From: Lama guanicoe
Taxonomy: Eukaryota
Direction: 5' to 3'
DNA length: 64,000 bases
Assembly: GCA_013239625.1 (NCBI GenBank)
Contig: MU053557.1
Coordinates: 2,510,123-2,574,122, forward strand
Positions 12,640 to 26,317 of this stretch are shown piece after piece. The notes beneath the pieces are model-generated. The model was given only the letters and a program-made list of their open reading frames with translations. It was not told where the DNA came from and did no database searches. Position 1 is the stretch's first letter. Each line of letters begins with the position of its first letter. Both the position numbers and the translations under genes were made by a program.

Positions 12640-13130
12640 GGAAGAAAAGTGGCTCATTTCCACCCCTACCCCCCAAAGATGCGCACACTGTAATCCCCAG
12701 AACCTGTGAATATGTCACGTGGCGGAGAACTGAGCTTGCTGACTACCTGGCCTGAAAACGGGGAGATTCTGCTGGATTATCTGGTTGAGTCCAGCGTAAT
12801 GACAAGGGTCCTTACAAGTGAAAGGAGGCAGGAGAGTCAGGGTCAGAGGGATGCGCTGTGAGAAGGATTCGACGGCCATTGCTGGCTTTGAAGACGGAGG
12901 AAAGGGGCCAGCAGCCAAGGAAGGTGGGCTGCCTCCAGAATCTGGAGAAGGTAATAAACAGACTGCCCCCGCCCCTGAGCTGCCACAGAAGAACCCAGCC
13001 CTGCAGACCCAGTGAGACGCATTTTAGACTTCTGACCTCCACAACTTTAAGATGCTAACTTCCCAGTGTTTTAGGCCACCAGGTTCACTCAGTGTGCTGT
13101 CACCTGTTACCGTAACAACGGGAAGTGAAC
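12640..13130 (+). mobile_element. MLT1 (MLT1D-like) ERVL-MaLR solo LTR
   Basis: aatccccagaacctgtgaatatgt...ccattgctggctttgaagacggagg...ttagacttctgacctcc; clearly related to 19756-20248. Confidence 0.75.
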
Positions 13131-14109
13131 ACTCCTCCCTCCCCGTACTGTCCACAGAGGAGCGGACAGGGCTAAGGAGCTCTCCCTCGGGCCACAGGGA
13201 AGCTGCTCTTATGTCTCCGGTGCTGGCGGTAGCTCGCTCTCCCTGGAGGTCCCTGAAAAGCCTGCTCCCCTCAGCAGCTGCTCCTCTCCAGCTGGCCCGG
13301 GAGGCTGGCCCGAGCAGGCTGGGACAGGTTTGCCCCTTCCCAGGGAGCTGGTGACCCAACGCAGCTCGGCCGCCCTCTCCTCCTGGCATCCCACTGCTGC
13401 TGCTGCACCCATGGGCTGACACGGTCCAGGAACACTGTAACACAGCAAATGCAGAGACAGAGCAAGCCGGCAGCTCACAGACCATCAAGATTTAGCAAGA
13501 GAACAGGAGACTGCATGTGGTCCTACTGTGTGCCGGATAACTCTCCCCAAAGCAACGCCACTTCCCTGCTCAGACACCCGTGGTGACTCCCAACTGCCAA
13601 TAGCCACCCATCCCACCCACTGAGCCCGGCATTCAAGGCCCTTCACATCCAGCCTTAGATCAGCACTCCGATGTCACTCCCCACTTCTCTCCTTCTCAGA
13701 TTCTTCACTGCAACCTGACTGGCCCACTTATCGTTCGCACCAGGGTCTGAGAATTCCTGCCTCCAGGGGCCAGTCAGGTAGTGAAACAAACATAGCACAC
13801 ATGGGTACACAACAGGGAGGGGTAGCGAGTGTGGCAAACTAGAGTGTCCACACCCCATTTCCGCTCAGCACCAGGAATGTGGGTCCAGCACAGCCAGAGC
13901 GTCTCAAAGTCTAAATTTTTTTCTGAGGAGCACTGATGTTTCACTGTTAGCAACCAAGTATAGATTTTTAGTATGTGGTCAAACATAAGTCACCTGTGAG
14001 CCACACAGACTGTAGTATGTGACCTCTGGTTTACATGCTGTATGAATGGTGGCAGATGTTTCTGGAGCACTTCGCATGTGCTGGGGCCTGATCCCTGCTC
14101 CCTCCCCTC

Positions 14110-14400
14110 TATCGAGTTGCTATCACAGAACACCACAGACCAGGCAGCTTCTAAACAACAGAGAGTGCTCAGAGTTCCAGAGGCTGGAAGTCTGAGAGCA
14201 GGGTGCCAGCATGGTCATAGACCCTTCTGGTGAGGATCCTGTGCTGGGTCTTGTGTCCCCGTGGACACACATGTTGCATTCATGACAGCTCTACCCTCGT
14301 GACCTAATCACTTGCTAAAGGCCCCCACCTCCTAATACCATCACATAGGTTAGGATATCAACATATACTTTGGTGACTACCAACAATCAATCCAGAATAC
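14110..14400 (-). mobile_element. MLT1A/B-like solo LTR
   Basis: cagagttccagaggctggaagtctgaga...accctcgtgacctaatcac...aaaggcccccacctcctaataccatcaca is the reverse-strand MLT1 pattern. Confidence 0.7.
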
Positions 14401-17400
14401 CATCTATCTCTGCTCCCGTTTCTCTGACTCCTATCCACCTATCAGGGTTCACTGCCTCTTCCAGGAAGCCTTCCTGGATCACCTCAGCCCACGATATCCT
14501 TTCCTTCCTCTTACCGATCAATTTGGCCATCTTCCATATTATTAAAATATATATATTTGTTTAGAATTTACAAGCAATTCTAGTTCAGGGAATGGGATCC
14601 ACAGGAAGGCGGCACCAGTGAGAACAAGAGCCCTGCCAGGGTGAGAATGAGTGCCATCTCACTGGTGACGTAAGGGAGGCGTGGAGAGACTGGGACCCCA
14701 AGGACCATGTGCTCCCAGGGTGAGGTCAGCATCCTAAGGGCTCAGTAGCTCTGGGGTTTAGACCTTTCTCATGAAGGACCTTCAGCTAGAACCTGTGATC
14801 TTAAGAGCGAAGAGGCTGGAACCTGTTTGGCTGAGGGCTTACCTGTCAATCTAAAGGCTGAATTGGGGCTAATAGCCACAGGTAAGTTTACTCACTGGGG
14901 ACCGGACTGTTCTTCCTATGTGAGAATTAATCATTCATTAGACCAGTAGGGCAGGTGTCTTCTTGAGAACTGTCATGCTGGAAAGATACACGAGGGCTCT
15001 GAGCACCCTGCTCCCAGCAGGCAGCCAGAAAGGGCGGCTCCAGTCCAGACAAGATGAGTGGCTGTGGGTGTCTCGCCAGGAGCCTAATGAAGAAATCTGG
15101 TAGCAGCGAAGCCTAGCTTCATGAACTGGCCCTCGTATGTGCTCTTTCACTCTGTGATGTCCCTCTCTCTGTGGGGCAGGTGAGCGGTAAAGATGTCCAC
15201 GGGGCTGTGTGACTCCTGCTGTGGGGTTATATGTTCCTACAGCAGTGAGCTCCAGGAACAGGATGGCAGTGTCCCCAGGTCCCTGGGACCACTCTGTACA
15301 TCATAGGGTAGACTGCTCATCTTCCTGCTTGCTCGCTCGCTCTCTCTCATAATGTGTTTCCAATAGGAAGCTGTGTGCAGCTGCTCCAGGAGAAGCTCAA
15401 ACCCCCTGGGGAGCCTCTGCCCAGGTGGAGGAGACTGTGAGTGTGGGGCCGTTATTAGGGGTGATTGCTGGGAAGCTGGTTGTCATGGCACCGCGAGGCC
15501 AGGGCTGCACTCCCAAGATGCAGGCTGTCCATTTTCTAGGCTGTCTATATAATCACCACAGTCAGAGGCATAAACATGGCAAGCGAGAGGGGAGCAGCTC
15601 CCTGCTGATAGTAATCTCCTGGCAGAGCAGGGCGAGGAGGGTCCACCTTAGCACGGGCCCAGCATCACACAGAGGGATGCTGGTGCAGGCTGGTCACTGC
15701 TTCATTGTCCTTTCATGCCTCCGGTGCTGTGCCTCTGTGTCCTCAGTGCCAGCCTTCTACAGGGAAACATTGCTTCTAACTCACTGATAGTCAGCGCTGT
15801 GTCTGAATTCTCCTAGAACTTGCCTACGTGGACTGGTAGTAGCTACCATGTTGTGGGAGATGGAGTAATAGCCTCCCATCCACTGACACCATGGATGTGA
15901 TACTCCATTTCACTCTCGCAACATGCCTGCATTGCAGATGCAGAAAGGAGGCTCAGAGAGTCATCGGTCTTTGTCACGGGCCAGGGAGAGACAGAGCCAG
16001 GATGTACATCCAGCTCTGGTTCTGCAGCCCACTTCTGCGCCCCCCTCCCCATTCAACCTGGTGCTGACAGACAGAGCCCCTACCTCTGAGGGCATGGTCC
16101 CAGTGAAATGAATTGAACTGGGTCTAAGGATTAAACCTCTGATTTGGACTTCATTAGCTGTATGCTCTCCCCAGTCACAGAGAATTAACCAGGGCGGAGA
16201 TGTCTCTTTATGGATCCAGCACAACGCACTAGGGGCAACGTGGAGAACAGTCATCAAATTCACTGAGCGCCTTATTTCCTGCTAAGCCCTCCCCCCGGCT
16301 CCAGGCCTCTGGGACCTTGAAGCCTCCGTGTTCGGATGCAGAGAGGGGACACACGTCGTAATCACTGGAGAAAATACAGGCTTGATCCCTCAGCAAGCAC
16401 TTCTGCTTAATGGCTTGGTCATGGGGAAGGAGGGACTGTCTGTACCCTGGTCTCCTTGTGATCCCTCCATCTCCACCAGTGCTCATGCCACGCGCTTTGG
16501 GTCACCCCCAGGAGGTGCTCAGGAAACCAGGGGACCACCGCATGTTGATTTCCTGAAAGCAAGACTCCACCAGAGAGATGCCGGTGCTGTTCTCTGCTCG
16601 CCTAGCACCTGGTCTACCAGCTGCCTCCCCCATCGGGCCCAGCGTGGTGGAGACGGAAAGCCTTTCTTGGCATTATCTAATTATCCATCAACAGCTTCAA
16701 CCATGGGCTTTCTATCTGGGTTTCAGTCTAGGCTCTCCCCATGATTCCGTCCTTGACTTCCTGTAAATTACTTGCTTTTCTGAGTCTCCATTTCCACATC
16801 TGTAACTCTGCACTCATGCATTGCTGTGATAAGAATAAAACACTACTGTTGAATCCTTACAACAATCCAATTAGGCACGCTCTGTTCTTGTTCCCATTTT
16901 ATAGAGTGAGACACTGAGACTTAGAGAGGTTAAGTGCAAGTGCCAGAGGCTCAGTTCAAGTTACCCACACTGGGTGTGTCTGACCTTAGAACCAACACAG
17001 TAGGCCACTACAATGTGCAGGGCATCCGTTGCTTTTTGAATATTCGCTTTGTGCCATTCCGCTTTTACCTGAGACCTACACTAGTCCCTGTTTCTGCTAA
17101 CCTAACTAAAAGAAATCCAAAGAGGATTTTCACTTTTATGAAAAAAGCTAACACCGATGCCTTCATTTACACACCTGGTTTAAGAATCATAGCACTAGTG
17201 TACTGTGAGACACATATCACATCTGATCTGATCTTGGATCTTTTATAAATATGTCCCATTCATTCGTTCGTTTGTTCCTTCATTCAGTATGATTTAGTAG
17301 CCTCCATTATACCTCAGGTGCACTCCCAGGAATGCTTCTGCTACCTAACAACCTTCCTAGGGGCAGGCAACCATGTGTTGTAGTAATACATATTGGTACT

Positions 17401-19755
17401 TTTCTGCCCTGACAATGACATGAATACAGAAGATTCTCAGTAAACAGGGACTGAAAAATGCTATGTGTCAAAACTTTGGGGAACACCTAGGATACACTGA
17501 CAACGTTTGACATCACAGTTCATTTTAACAGCTAACACGATATTCAGCGTAAACACCATGAGGTTGGCATTTTCTCTCTGATGCTGGGGATCTAAATTTC
17601 ACTTTCAATTTAAAATGAACTTTGTATCAGAAACCTTCCATAATTTCATATCCTCTTGTTCCACCATGACAACTGCACTGAAGCAGTAACTGCATCTTTA
17701 TAAGTCTGTCCGTCCTATCATGTTCAGCCCAACACTGGGCTCACATTTATGGTCCCATTCCTTGCTTTGTCTTATCTAACCATCTTTTTTCCAAAGTGTG
17801 ATGATCCCATGTTTCTCAGATGTAACTCTTCAAATGACAATTTCACTACATTACAGGGGTTTTCTCACGACACCAGAATTTCAAGATGAACTAGTCGAAC
17901 CCCAGGATTAAGGATGACCATCCATGAGATAAATCCTATTTAAAAATCTTATGTTCAGGTTAAAGATAAAAGGGAGGATAAAAGCAAGTATCTTTGTAAG
18001 CCTCCTGGGGGCGGGCATTCCCCTGCCCTCTGCTGCCGCTGGGCTGTGCTTGCTGATACAGGACGCCGGCAGGTGCTTGGAGTAATTCAGCAGAAAAAGA
18101 GACCCACACGGATGGCGCTGGAAGCTGCCTGAGTGGACAGCAGATCTCACAACTCAGTTGTCGATGCCACCTACAGAGCTGTCAAAATACAATTACGTGA
18201 ACCGCAAAGGGGGCTTGAATAAGCCAATAGACTTAAGCGTGTGTCAGTTACACACAAGAGCGAGTCCCCATTCCCTGCTTCATCCCCCAGTGCTGGGCAA
18301 GCACTGAAGGTGGCTGACTTCATGAAAGGAAGTAAGAAATAAAACCACGAGAAACCTGTGATCTTTGTCAGTGTATCAGATCTGTCATTTCTGGGCCTTG
18401 ATTTCCAAAAGCTATAAAAAGGAAAGAATACTCTGAACTCCAGGGGTTTTATACAGATCAATTAAGATAATAGAGGAGAAGGGTTCTGTAGATGGTTAAG
18501 TGCTAAACAGCACAAGGTACCAATTTAATCATTTTATGCTTTCTATTTTAACATAAATCTTCCAGTCCATGGAATCTGTGAGCTTCCTCCCCACACTGTC
18601 CCTCCCCTTCTCTTTGCCAGCTTGTTCAGTGCCCTTCATCGAGGCGTGTGCTCAGGCCAAAAAGCTGGGAGTCATCCTGTATTCCTCCCTTAACCTCACC
18701 TTCCACATCTATAGTTTGTTTTTTTTTTTTAAAGTCCTGTTAACTTTACAAAGTGTAACCCAGATTGGCCCATTGTAGTCTAAGCCGCTACCATCCCTTG
18801 CCTGGACCATTCTGATGGCTTTCTAACTCTCCTCCCAGCACCCTCTTCCTCCTGATGTTTGATTCTTTACACAGCCACCGAGTGATGTATTTACAGGTAT
18901 AATCATGCCACTTCTTTACACAAAACCCTTTAGATTTTCTTTCCTAAGTAAGAGCCAAATTCCTTACCTTGGCCTACAGGGCTGCCATGTTACCTAGCTC
19001 CCAAGTCCTCTGCATAGAGTCCAACAGGCGTGAGGCCCCGGGGTGGTTCGAGGTGACCACCCTCAGTGTACAGCCGTCGAGTGATCTGGGCCACCAGCCT
19101 CCTCCTCCCACTTCCCCTCATGCTGCTCCTTCTCACGACCCTACAGGCAGCCAAAGTGGTTTTCCTTCTGCCACTTGACCTGCCAAGCACAGGCCTAGGT
19201 TCACAACCTCTGCACTGGCTGCCGCTGCTTCTCCAGAAACACCTGTCACCAATTCATACATTCTCTTATTTACCTCTGTGTTTGCTGTCTGTCTCCATCT
19301 ACCTGGAGGCAGGACGTACCATTTTCCCAGTGTCTGGAATGGCACCTGGCTCATAGTAGCAAGAATAAATATTTGTGAAATAAATGAATAGTAGGTTGGT
19401 TACCATCATTTCATAGACTCTTTGTCCCTTTGCTTTGCCTACAAATGCCAAAGCATTCCCAAAGCTAGGACTGAGTACATATGGATGGGGTCAGCCACTC
19501 TTTAGTGAGAGCCTCTTCGTGTCAAGAGAAGTACCAGGTGCAGAGTTATCAAAATGCACAACTAGAGCCGTTCTGCAAGCATTTATTTAGCACCTTCACC
19601 ATACTAAGTGTAGAAGGCAGAAGTAAAGAGCTTTAGCCGTAACAGTGGAACCACTTAGTGAGACAGACAGAAATGGAAACAGATTGCTTCCACCTAGTGT
19701 ATCAGGTGCTCTGATGGAGGGCACTGAGTCCTACTTGGTGAAACTTGAACAGGAT

Positions 19756-20248
19756 TGTGAGCAGAATAATGACTCCTCAAGGATGTCCCCCGTCCTAACC
19801 TCCAGAACCCACAAATAGGTTACCTTTCTTGGCAAAGGAGAATTCGATGGAATTAAAGTTGCTCGTCAGCTGACCTCAAACTAAGGAGATTAGTCTGGAT
19901 TACCTGTCTGGGCCCAATGTAATCACAATGGTCCTTAAAAGGGGAATAAGGGGGCAGAAGAGGAGAGTCTGGATGGTAGGATGTGAGAAGGACCTGTCCC
20001 ATGGTTGCTGGCTTTCAGATGGAGAGAGGGACCACGAGCCGAGGAATGTGGACAGCCCCAAGAAGGTGGAAAAGGCAAAGAAACAGATTCTCCCCAGGAG
20101 CTTCCAGAAGGGAACGCAGCTCTGCCAACACCTGGATTTTAGCCACCGAGGCCCACGTCAGACTTCTGAACTGTAAGATGATACATTTATGTTGTTTTTC
20201 ATCACTAAGTTTGTGGTAATTTGTTCAAGCAGCCAGGAAACGAAAACA
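19756..20248 (+). mobile_element. MLT1D-like solo LTR
   Basis: TG...CA ends; gggcccaatgtaatcacaatggtccttaaaag, aaggcaaagaaacagattctcccc and cactaagtttgtggtaatttgtt motifs. Confidence 0.8.
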
Positions 20249-23127
20249 AAGAAGAGGTGAACTGCGACGTTCCCTTGGGTGGGAAGGGACAGACTACTGT
20301 GAGACCCATCTTGCCCTGGCCAGAGCCCTCCCTAGGCTGTCAGGTCAGTGCTCCTCCCTGGGGAAACTTCCTCCCAGCTACTCCCTTGACCGAGGTTCTC
20401 TTGAACCTCAAATTCCGAATGCTTACCCAGTGTGTGTGACTGCTTTGCCAGTGATGGCTTGTCACGGACAACGATGACAGGCAAGTGGCCCTGAGACGTC
20501 CCAAGCCCAGAGCAGCCAGAGCCACCTACAACCTCACGGCCAACCTTTCCCCTTGTGTGTGCCTCTGGGGCTGCAGCCCCAGGTCTGAGCCAGTTTCAGC
20601 CTCCGTTGCCTTCTTATCCAAGACCCCTGGCGGGGGAGGGCAGGACCTGGGAAAGTGTCAACTGCTAATGAATGACACTCGCCTCCAAAATTAATCAGCT
20701 TTCCCATTCTTAGGAAAATCCACTCAACTGGAGTCTCCAGGATGACTAATTTGACAGAACTGGTTGAATTAATCAAAAATGGAAATGAGGCAGAGGGGGA
20801 AGGGATTCTATTTTTGCTCTGTGGTTTGGGCCTCGCCGGCTCTGCTGCTCGCTGCTGCTAAGCCTGAATGGGGTCGACGTTGGATGGGCAGGGGGGAGGT
20901 AGGTTTCCAGGAGTTCTGCTCTTTGTATCAAGTGTCTGGCTTTTCTCCAGGAGCAGGGGGTGTGTGTCTGGTTGTGTTTGTAATCCTGTCATCCGGCAAA
21001 AGCAGTTTAATAAAGGGCCTTGTCTTTTTAACCTAACCAAGCTTCCCTGAAATAAACACTGTTAATTATGCCCCTACTCAACACTGAACCCCTTTTGGAA
21101 ACTGTGTCAAACCTCAGAGGTTTTAAGATGCATTGCAGCTGCAGCCTCAGCTGATGCCTTTGGACACGTTCTATCAGAGGTCTGGGGAATGAGCCGTAGG
21201 TTTCGTAAGGGATCTAGTGGCCTATAGAACCAGGACCTAGCAATTAAATTTGTAGATGAAGGTGACAAATGAGACAGTGAATTTCCTGTTCTGTGCAAGG
21301 GCAGAGTCAATTCTGCCATTGGAAACTGCTGGGCGTGGAATCCAGCCCATGGAGATTATATAAAAGGGTCCCATGCAATTATCCTCCTGGATGTCAGAAA
21401 AAGATCATGCTCTTTCTCCTACTGCCAAATATCCAGGAGAAGAATGAGAAGAATGGATTCTTCTCTTGGAAGCAGACAGACTTGGGTTCAAAGTTTGGCT
21501 CCTTCACTGTGAGCTGGGGCAAGTTCCTTCACCTCTCTGTGCCTCATCTGTAAATTGGAGTAACTGAAACCAATGTTATTTGGCTGCTGTGAGACTTAAC
21601 TGACATCCAGAAGGGCTTCAAAACTAACATCCACTCCACTCTACTCTATACACCTTTGGAGGAAAATGGAATTTCTGACTTAGATTGTTAGATCAGGCAT
21701 CAAACTTTGCCCCATTTGCATTGGAAATCAAGCTGTTTCTCCCATGACTACACTGTTCACTAAAACATCTCAGACTTTAAGGCTTCAAGTGCTTGTATCT
21801 TTTCTCTAGAGCATGGAAAAGTCTGATTGTCTTCACACCGGGTCCATGACAGGCAGGTTCAAGTGCACTGCAGGGTTGTTGCCGAACATCCCCCAGACAG
21901 CAGGCCTGCCTGGGTTTCACCCGAGGGAGGGAATTCCTGTGGCATAGTCTCCAGCTGCAGATCTGTCAGTTTGGAAGGGCTTTGCTGCTGGAATACAATG
22001 AGTCTGGTCTGAGACTCACTGGTGGAGCCAGTGCAAGGCGATGGGTACCGCAGAGTTGCCCATCGCCGCTGCTAAAAGGAAGCCTGGCTCCTTACCCTGG
22101 ACTTCAAGACCCGCCATGGCCAGCTTCATCTCCCCCAAGTCCCCAGCCTGGGCCACGCCCTCTCCATAGGATGGGACCTCCAGGGTTGGAGAGGAGTGAG
22201 GCAGGTTTGTCCAAACTATGACAGAATAAAGATGCAACTAAGGAACCTACCCTGTGTCATGACACAGCATGGTGTTCACATGCGTGATTGATTTCATCCA
22301 GGAAATGTGCAATGGGAACCTCCTATGTGCCAGGCACTCTGCTAACTGTTTCCACTTAAATTAACTGATTAATAGCCAGAGATGTCCAGGAGACCAAATC
22401 TCATGATCACTTCTCTGCCCTCATCTTTCTTGACCTCCCGTAAACATAACTGATCCCAGTATCTTTCTACATCACTCTCCTCTCTTGGCTTATATGCCTA
22501 CCACCCCCACCCACAGCCCTGCTCCTCACTCACCCTCTTCCCTTCTTGGCAGCTCATACTCTCTCCTATAAAAGGCTACCCATCTTCCTCCCACCCCACT
22601 AGTAAATGCTGGCCTCCATCCTGGGCTCTCCTCTCCTCCTCACCTAAGTGACTTCACACCATCCCATGACTTTACAGACCGTAATATACTCCTGACTTTT
22701 AAATTTACGTCTCCAGTCCTGACCTCTCCCTTGACTTGCAGGCTCAGGTATCCATTTGTTACCACACTTCTCTAATGGGCTGTGTCATAGGCATCTCAGT
22801 CCAGATGCATCCCAAAGGGAGCCCTTGGTCTTTCCACACCACACCTGTTCCGGCCTCAGTCTCGTCAGCAGTATGTGCTACCACTGTACCCTCAGATGCT
22901 CCAGATCAAAACCTACGTTTTCTCAGATTCCTCCCTGTCTCTCCCCTCTCCACTTTCAGCCTCTCATTACGTCCTCTGAGCCTTACCTCCTCAGTATCTT
23001 CTGTGTCTGTCCGCTTACCACCCCATCACTACCCTCACCCTGATCGGAACCACTGTCATTTCTCCCCAAACTGTAGCAAAAGCCTCTGAACTAGGCTTGG
23101 TGCTTCCAGGCTTTTCAACACCCCCCC

Positions 23128-23200
23128 CTTTTTAAAAGTATAGTTAATTTACAATGTTGTGTTAGTTTCTGGTGTACAACATAGCAATTCATTTATACAT
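23128..23200 (-). mobile_element. Very short L1 3' terminal fragment
   Basis: agtatagttaatttacaatgttgtgttagtttctggtgtaca is the reverse complement of the L1 end seen at 9525-9575. Confidence 0.75.
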
Positions 23201-24357
23201 CTCAATTCTTTTTTGAGAATTTGTTTAAGACCATAAACAGAGTATTCGTGTCCCTGCTTAGAACTGTCTACTAGCTTCCATCACACTACTAGCTTCTATC
23301 ACGCTGCCCTGGTTGGCAAGGCTCTGCATGACCTGGCCCCAGCCTCCCTTTTCAGCCCCACCCTCTACATTCTTCCCCAGCCCGCCTGTCTCCACCTGCT
23401 GCTCTTTCTTCTGTTCCTGGAGCTCACACGGTTGTTCCTGTGTTAGGGTCTTCATACTTGGATGTTATTTCTCTGTTTGGCTCCTTCTGACAATTCAGGT
23501 CCCAATTCAAAGGCTTTCCCTCAACATCCTAGGGAAATAGCACCACCCCGGCTACTCTTCAGTCCTTTACGTTTTCTTACAGCTTTGATCACTGTCAGAA
23601 ATGATCTCATTCATTTGTGCACTTGTCTGTCTCTTCTTTCCTCCCTTCCTGCTAGAATGTAAGATCCCTGAAGGCAGGAAGGAGTAGGTGTTGAGTAAAT
23701 CTTGGTTGAGTAGGGATTTCTGGTGTCCTGGTTAAGAGGCATGAGTCTGGATCAAAGCCCAGTTGTCACTTGTTCTTTGGTGGCCATAGGAGTATCATTC
23801 CTCTGCTCGGCTGGTTGCCTCATCTGTAAAGTGTGACTAAGAACAGAATGGCCCTCATAGGATTGTCAGGAGGATGGGATGAACTTGGCTTACGTTCTGG
23901 CCACAGCGAATGTCACGGAGTTAGCTGTGCTCACAGCCACTGACATTACTGCATCAACACGACCGCTCCTCCTCCCCGGCTCCTGCTCTTAGTAGACACG
24001 TGGGAGCGGAGCCAGATGGCATCATCATCCCAACCATAACTACCACGGAGCACTCACCACAGGCCAGGCACTGCGCTGGGGCTCCACAGGGCCCTGCCAT
24101 TCAGTGCTCACCAGCCCCCCAGTAAGGCAGGTGCTGCCACTAGTCATACCTAGTGATGAGCAGACTGAGACACGGAGAGGTTAAGTAACCTGATTAAGAT
24201 CACCCGGTTAGGCTAAGGACAGGGACTGACAGTGGACACCACGTTGCTTTTCCTCCCCTACCTTGGCCCTGTCTCTGAATTCACTCACTGCTGTCGGCTG
24301 AGCTGGACAGAAGGGAAGAAACAAAGCATAAATGTTCCAGGCTGTGCCTCCAGGGAC

Positions 24358-24712
24358 TGCTACTGACGGATGACCGTGTCCCCTCAACCCATACACTGAA
24401 ACCTAGGCCAGTGTGGTGGTGTTTGGAGGTGAGGGGTTTGGGAGGGCATTGGGTCATGAGGGTGGAGCTGTCATAATGTGATCAGTGACCTTATAAACAA
24501 GAGACTCCAGAGAGCTCCCTCACACCCTTGTGCCGCGCGAGAACACAGCCAGAAGACGGCCACCTGTGGACCAAAAAGCAGGTCCTTACCACACACCGAA
24601 CCTGCTGGTGCCTCACAGGGGGCTTAGCCTCCAGAACCGAGAAGTAAGTGTTTGTGTTTTACGCCATCCGGTCTGTGGTACTGGATTCCAGCAGCCTGAA
24701 CGGACCAAGACA
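24358..24712 (+). mobile_element. MLT1A-like solo LTR
   Basis: gtgtttggaggtgaggggtttgggagg...gggtcatgagggtggagc...cttagcctccagaaccgagaagtaa...cagcctgaacggaccaagaca. Confidence 0.75.
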
Positions 24713-24777
24713 GGAAACATCGCCCTGGCTCTGCGCTGCCCTGCCCATCCCAGTACCCAGGTCAGGTCCTGTCAGGG

Positions 24778-24802
24778 GTGTGTGTGTGTGTGTGTGTGTG
24801 TG
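24778..24802. repeat. (TG)~12 microsatellite
   Basis: Read directly from the sequence. Confidence 0.95.
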
Positions 24803-25204
24803 CAGGGAGCCCTGGCTTTCTACCCTGAGCTCAGGCACCTAGCGGGCTCTCCTGCTCTCCACCAACTTTCTCTCAATTACAGAAGTAAAACTACACCGTC
24901 GGGGGGAATCTGGAAAGCTGCCCACATTTTGCTGCCCTGATGTCATCGCTTTCACTAGCACCCCCAGTCTTTGTCCACACGTACTCCTCTTCACTCTGTA
25001 GAACTCCAGGTGGGTGTGCAACCCTGGGCACTTTAACCTCTGTCATAAGCATTTCCCCACGTGCTCCACTTCCACTGCGTCTGCAGGTAGCGACCGAGGC
25101 TTAAATCTCTACGCCCCTTCCCGGGAACCCCCATCTCAATTCTCACTTCCACGCACGCATTCCACCTGCTGCTTTTCTTTCTTTTTGAATTTTTTTTCCT
25201 TTTG

Positions 25205-25427
25205 AAACATTTTATTTTTTAAAAAACTGAAGTATAGTTGATTTACAAAATTGTGTTAATTTCAGGTATACAGTGAAGTGATTCAGATATGTATTTTTTT
25301 CAGATTCTTTTCCATGATAGGTTAGTACAAGGTATTGAATACAGTTCCCTCTGCTCTATAGTAAATTCTTGTTGTTCATCTACTTTATATATAGTGGTGT
25401 GTACCTGTCAATCCCAGACTCCCAACC
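25205..25427 (-). mobile_element. L1 3' UTR fragment
   Basis: tgaagtatagttgatttaca...ttgaatacagttccctctgctctatagta, same family as 210-530. Confidence 0.82.
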
Positions 25428-25896
25428 TGCTGCTTTGCTTTTGTGCTGTTCAAACCAACTCTCCTTATTCAGGACCCTCTCCCCTTAAGAGTGGTTTCTG
25501 AATAGGAAACAGGCTTCTTAGCACCTCACTGCCTCTAAAATCAATTCCTGTCCCCTTTGTTTAGAGAGCATTTTTACTTCCACACAACAGGAAAGTATCC
25601 AGACACTGTCACACAAAACACACAGACCACCACGGGGGAGGCGTAGAGGCTCCACGTACAGATGTCACTCACCCCCGTCCTCCGGTTCCCACCACCATCA
25701 CTAAGGGCCACGTGCACTATGTGCTCACGATGGTCAGGGCTGTTCCGAGAGCCCTGTGTCCACGATCACCTTGCACCCTTACCCACTGCAGGACAGTGTC
25801 AGCCCTGGCAGCCACTGCCTGTGGCCAGCGAGCCTGGGACCCAGCCCTGGAACCGTCAGCTCCAGGGACTCTGCTCTGGATGACCTGCGGGTCTTC

Positions 25897-26317
25897 TGCG
25901 ATGGGCTGAGTTGTGTCCCCACCTCCCCAAATTCTGAAACTGAGGTCCTCGTCCTCAGTACCTCAGAATGTAACTTTATGTGGAGGTCGGGTCTTTAAAG
26001 AGGTAGTTAAGTTAAAAATGAGGTCATGAGGGTGGACCCTAATCCAGTACAACCAGTGTCCTTATAAAGAGGGGAATTGTGGACATAGACACGTGCAGAG
26101 AGATGATGACGTGAAGACACAGGGAGAGGACGGTCCCCCGCAGGCCGAGGAGGGAGGCCTAGAACAGATCCCTTCTTCACGGCCTTCCGATGGAGCCAGC
26201 CCTGGTGATACCTTGGTCTAGGACTTTTGGCCTCCAGAACTGGGAGACAATTAGAGCTTGTTTTTTGAAGTCACTGTGTCCCTGGTGGTTTTACAGTAAC
26301 TCTAGTCAAAGAAAACA
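25897..26317 (+). mobile_element. MLT1B-like solo LTR
   Basis: tgggctgagttgtgtcccc...cagtacctcagaatgtaac...gagggtggaccctaatcca...ggacttttggcctccagaactgggagacaat. Confidence 0.78.
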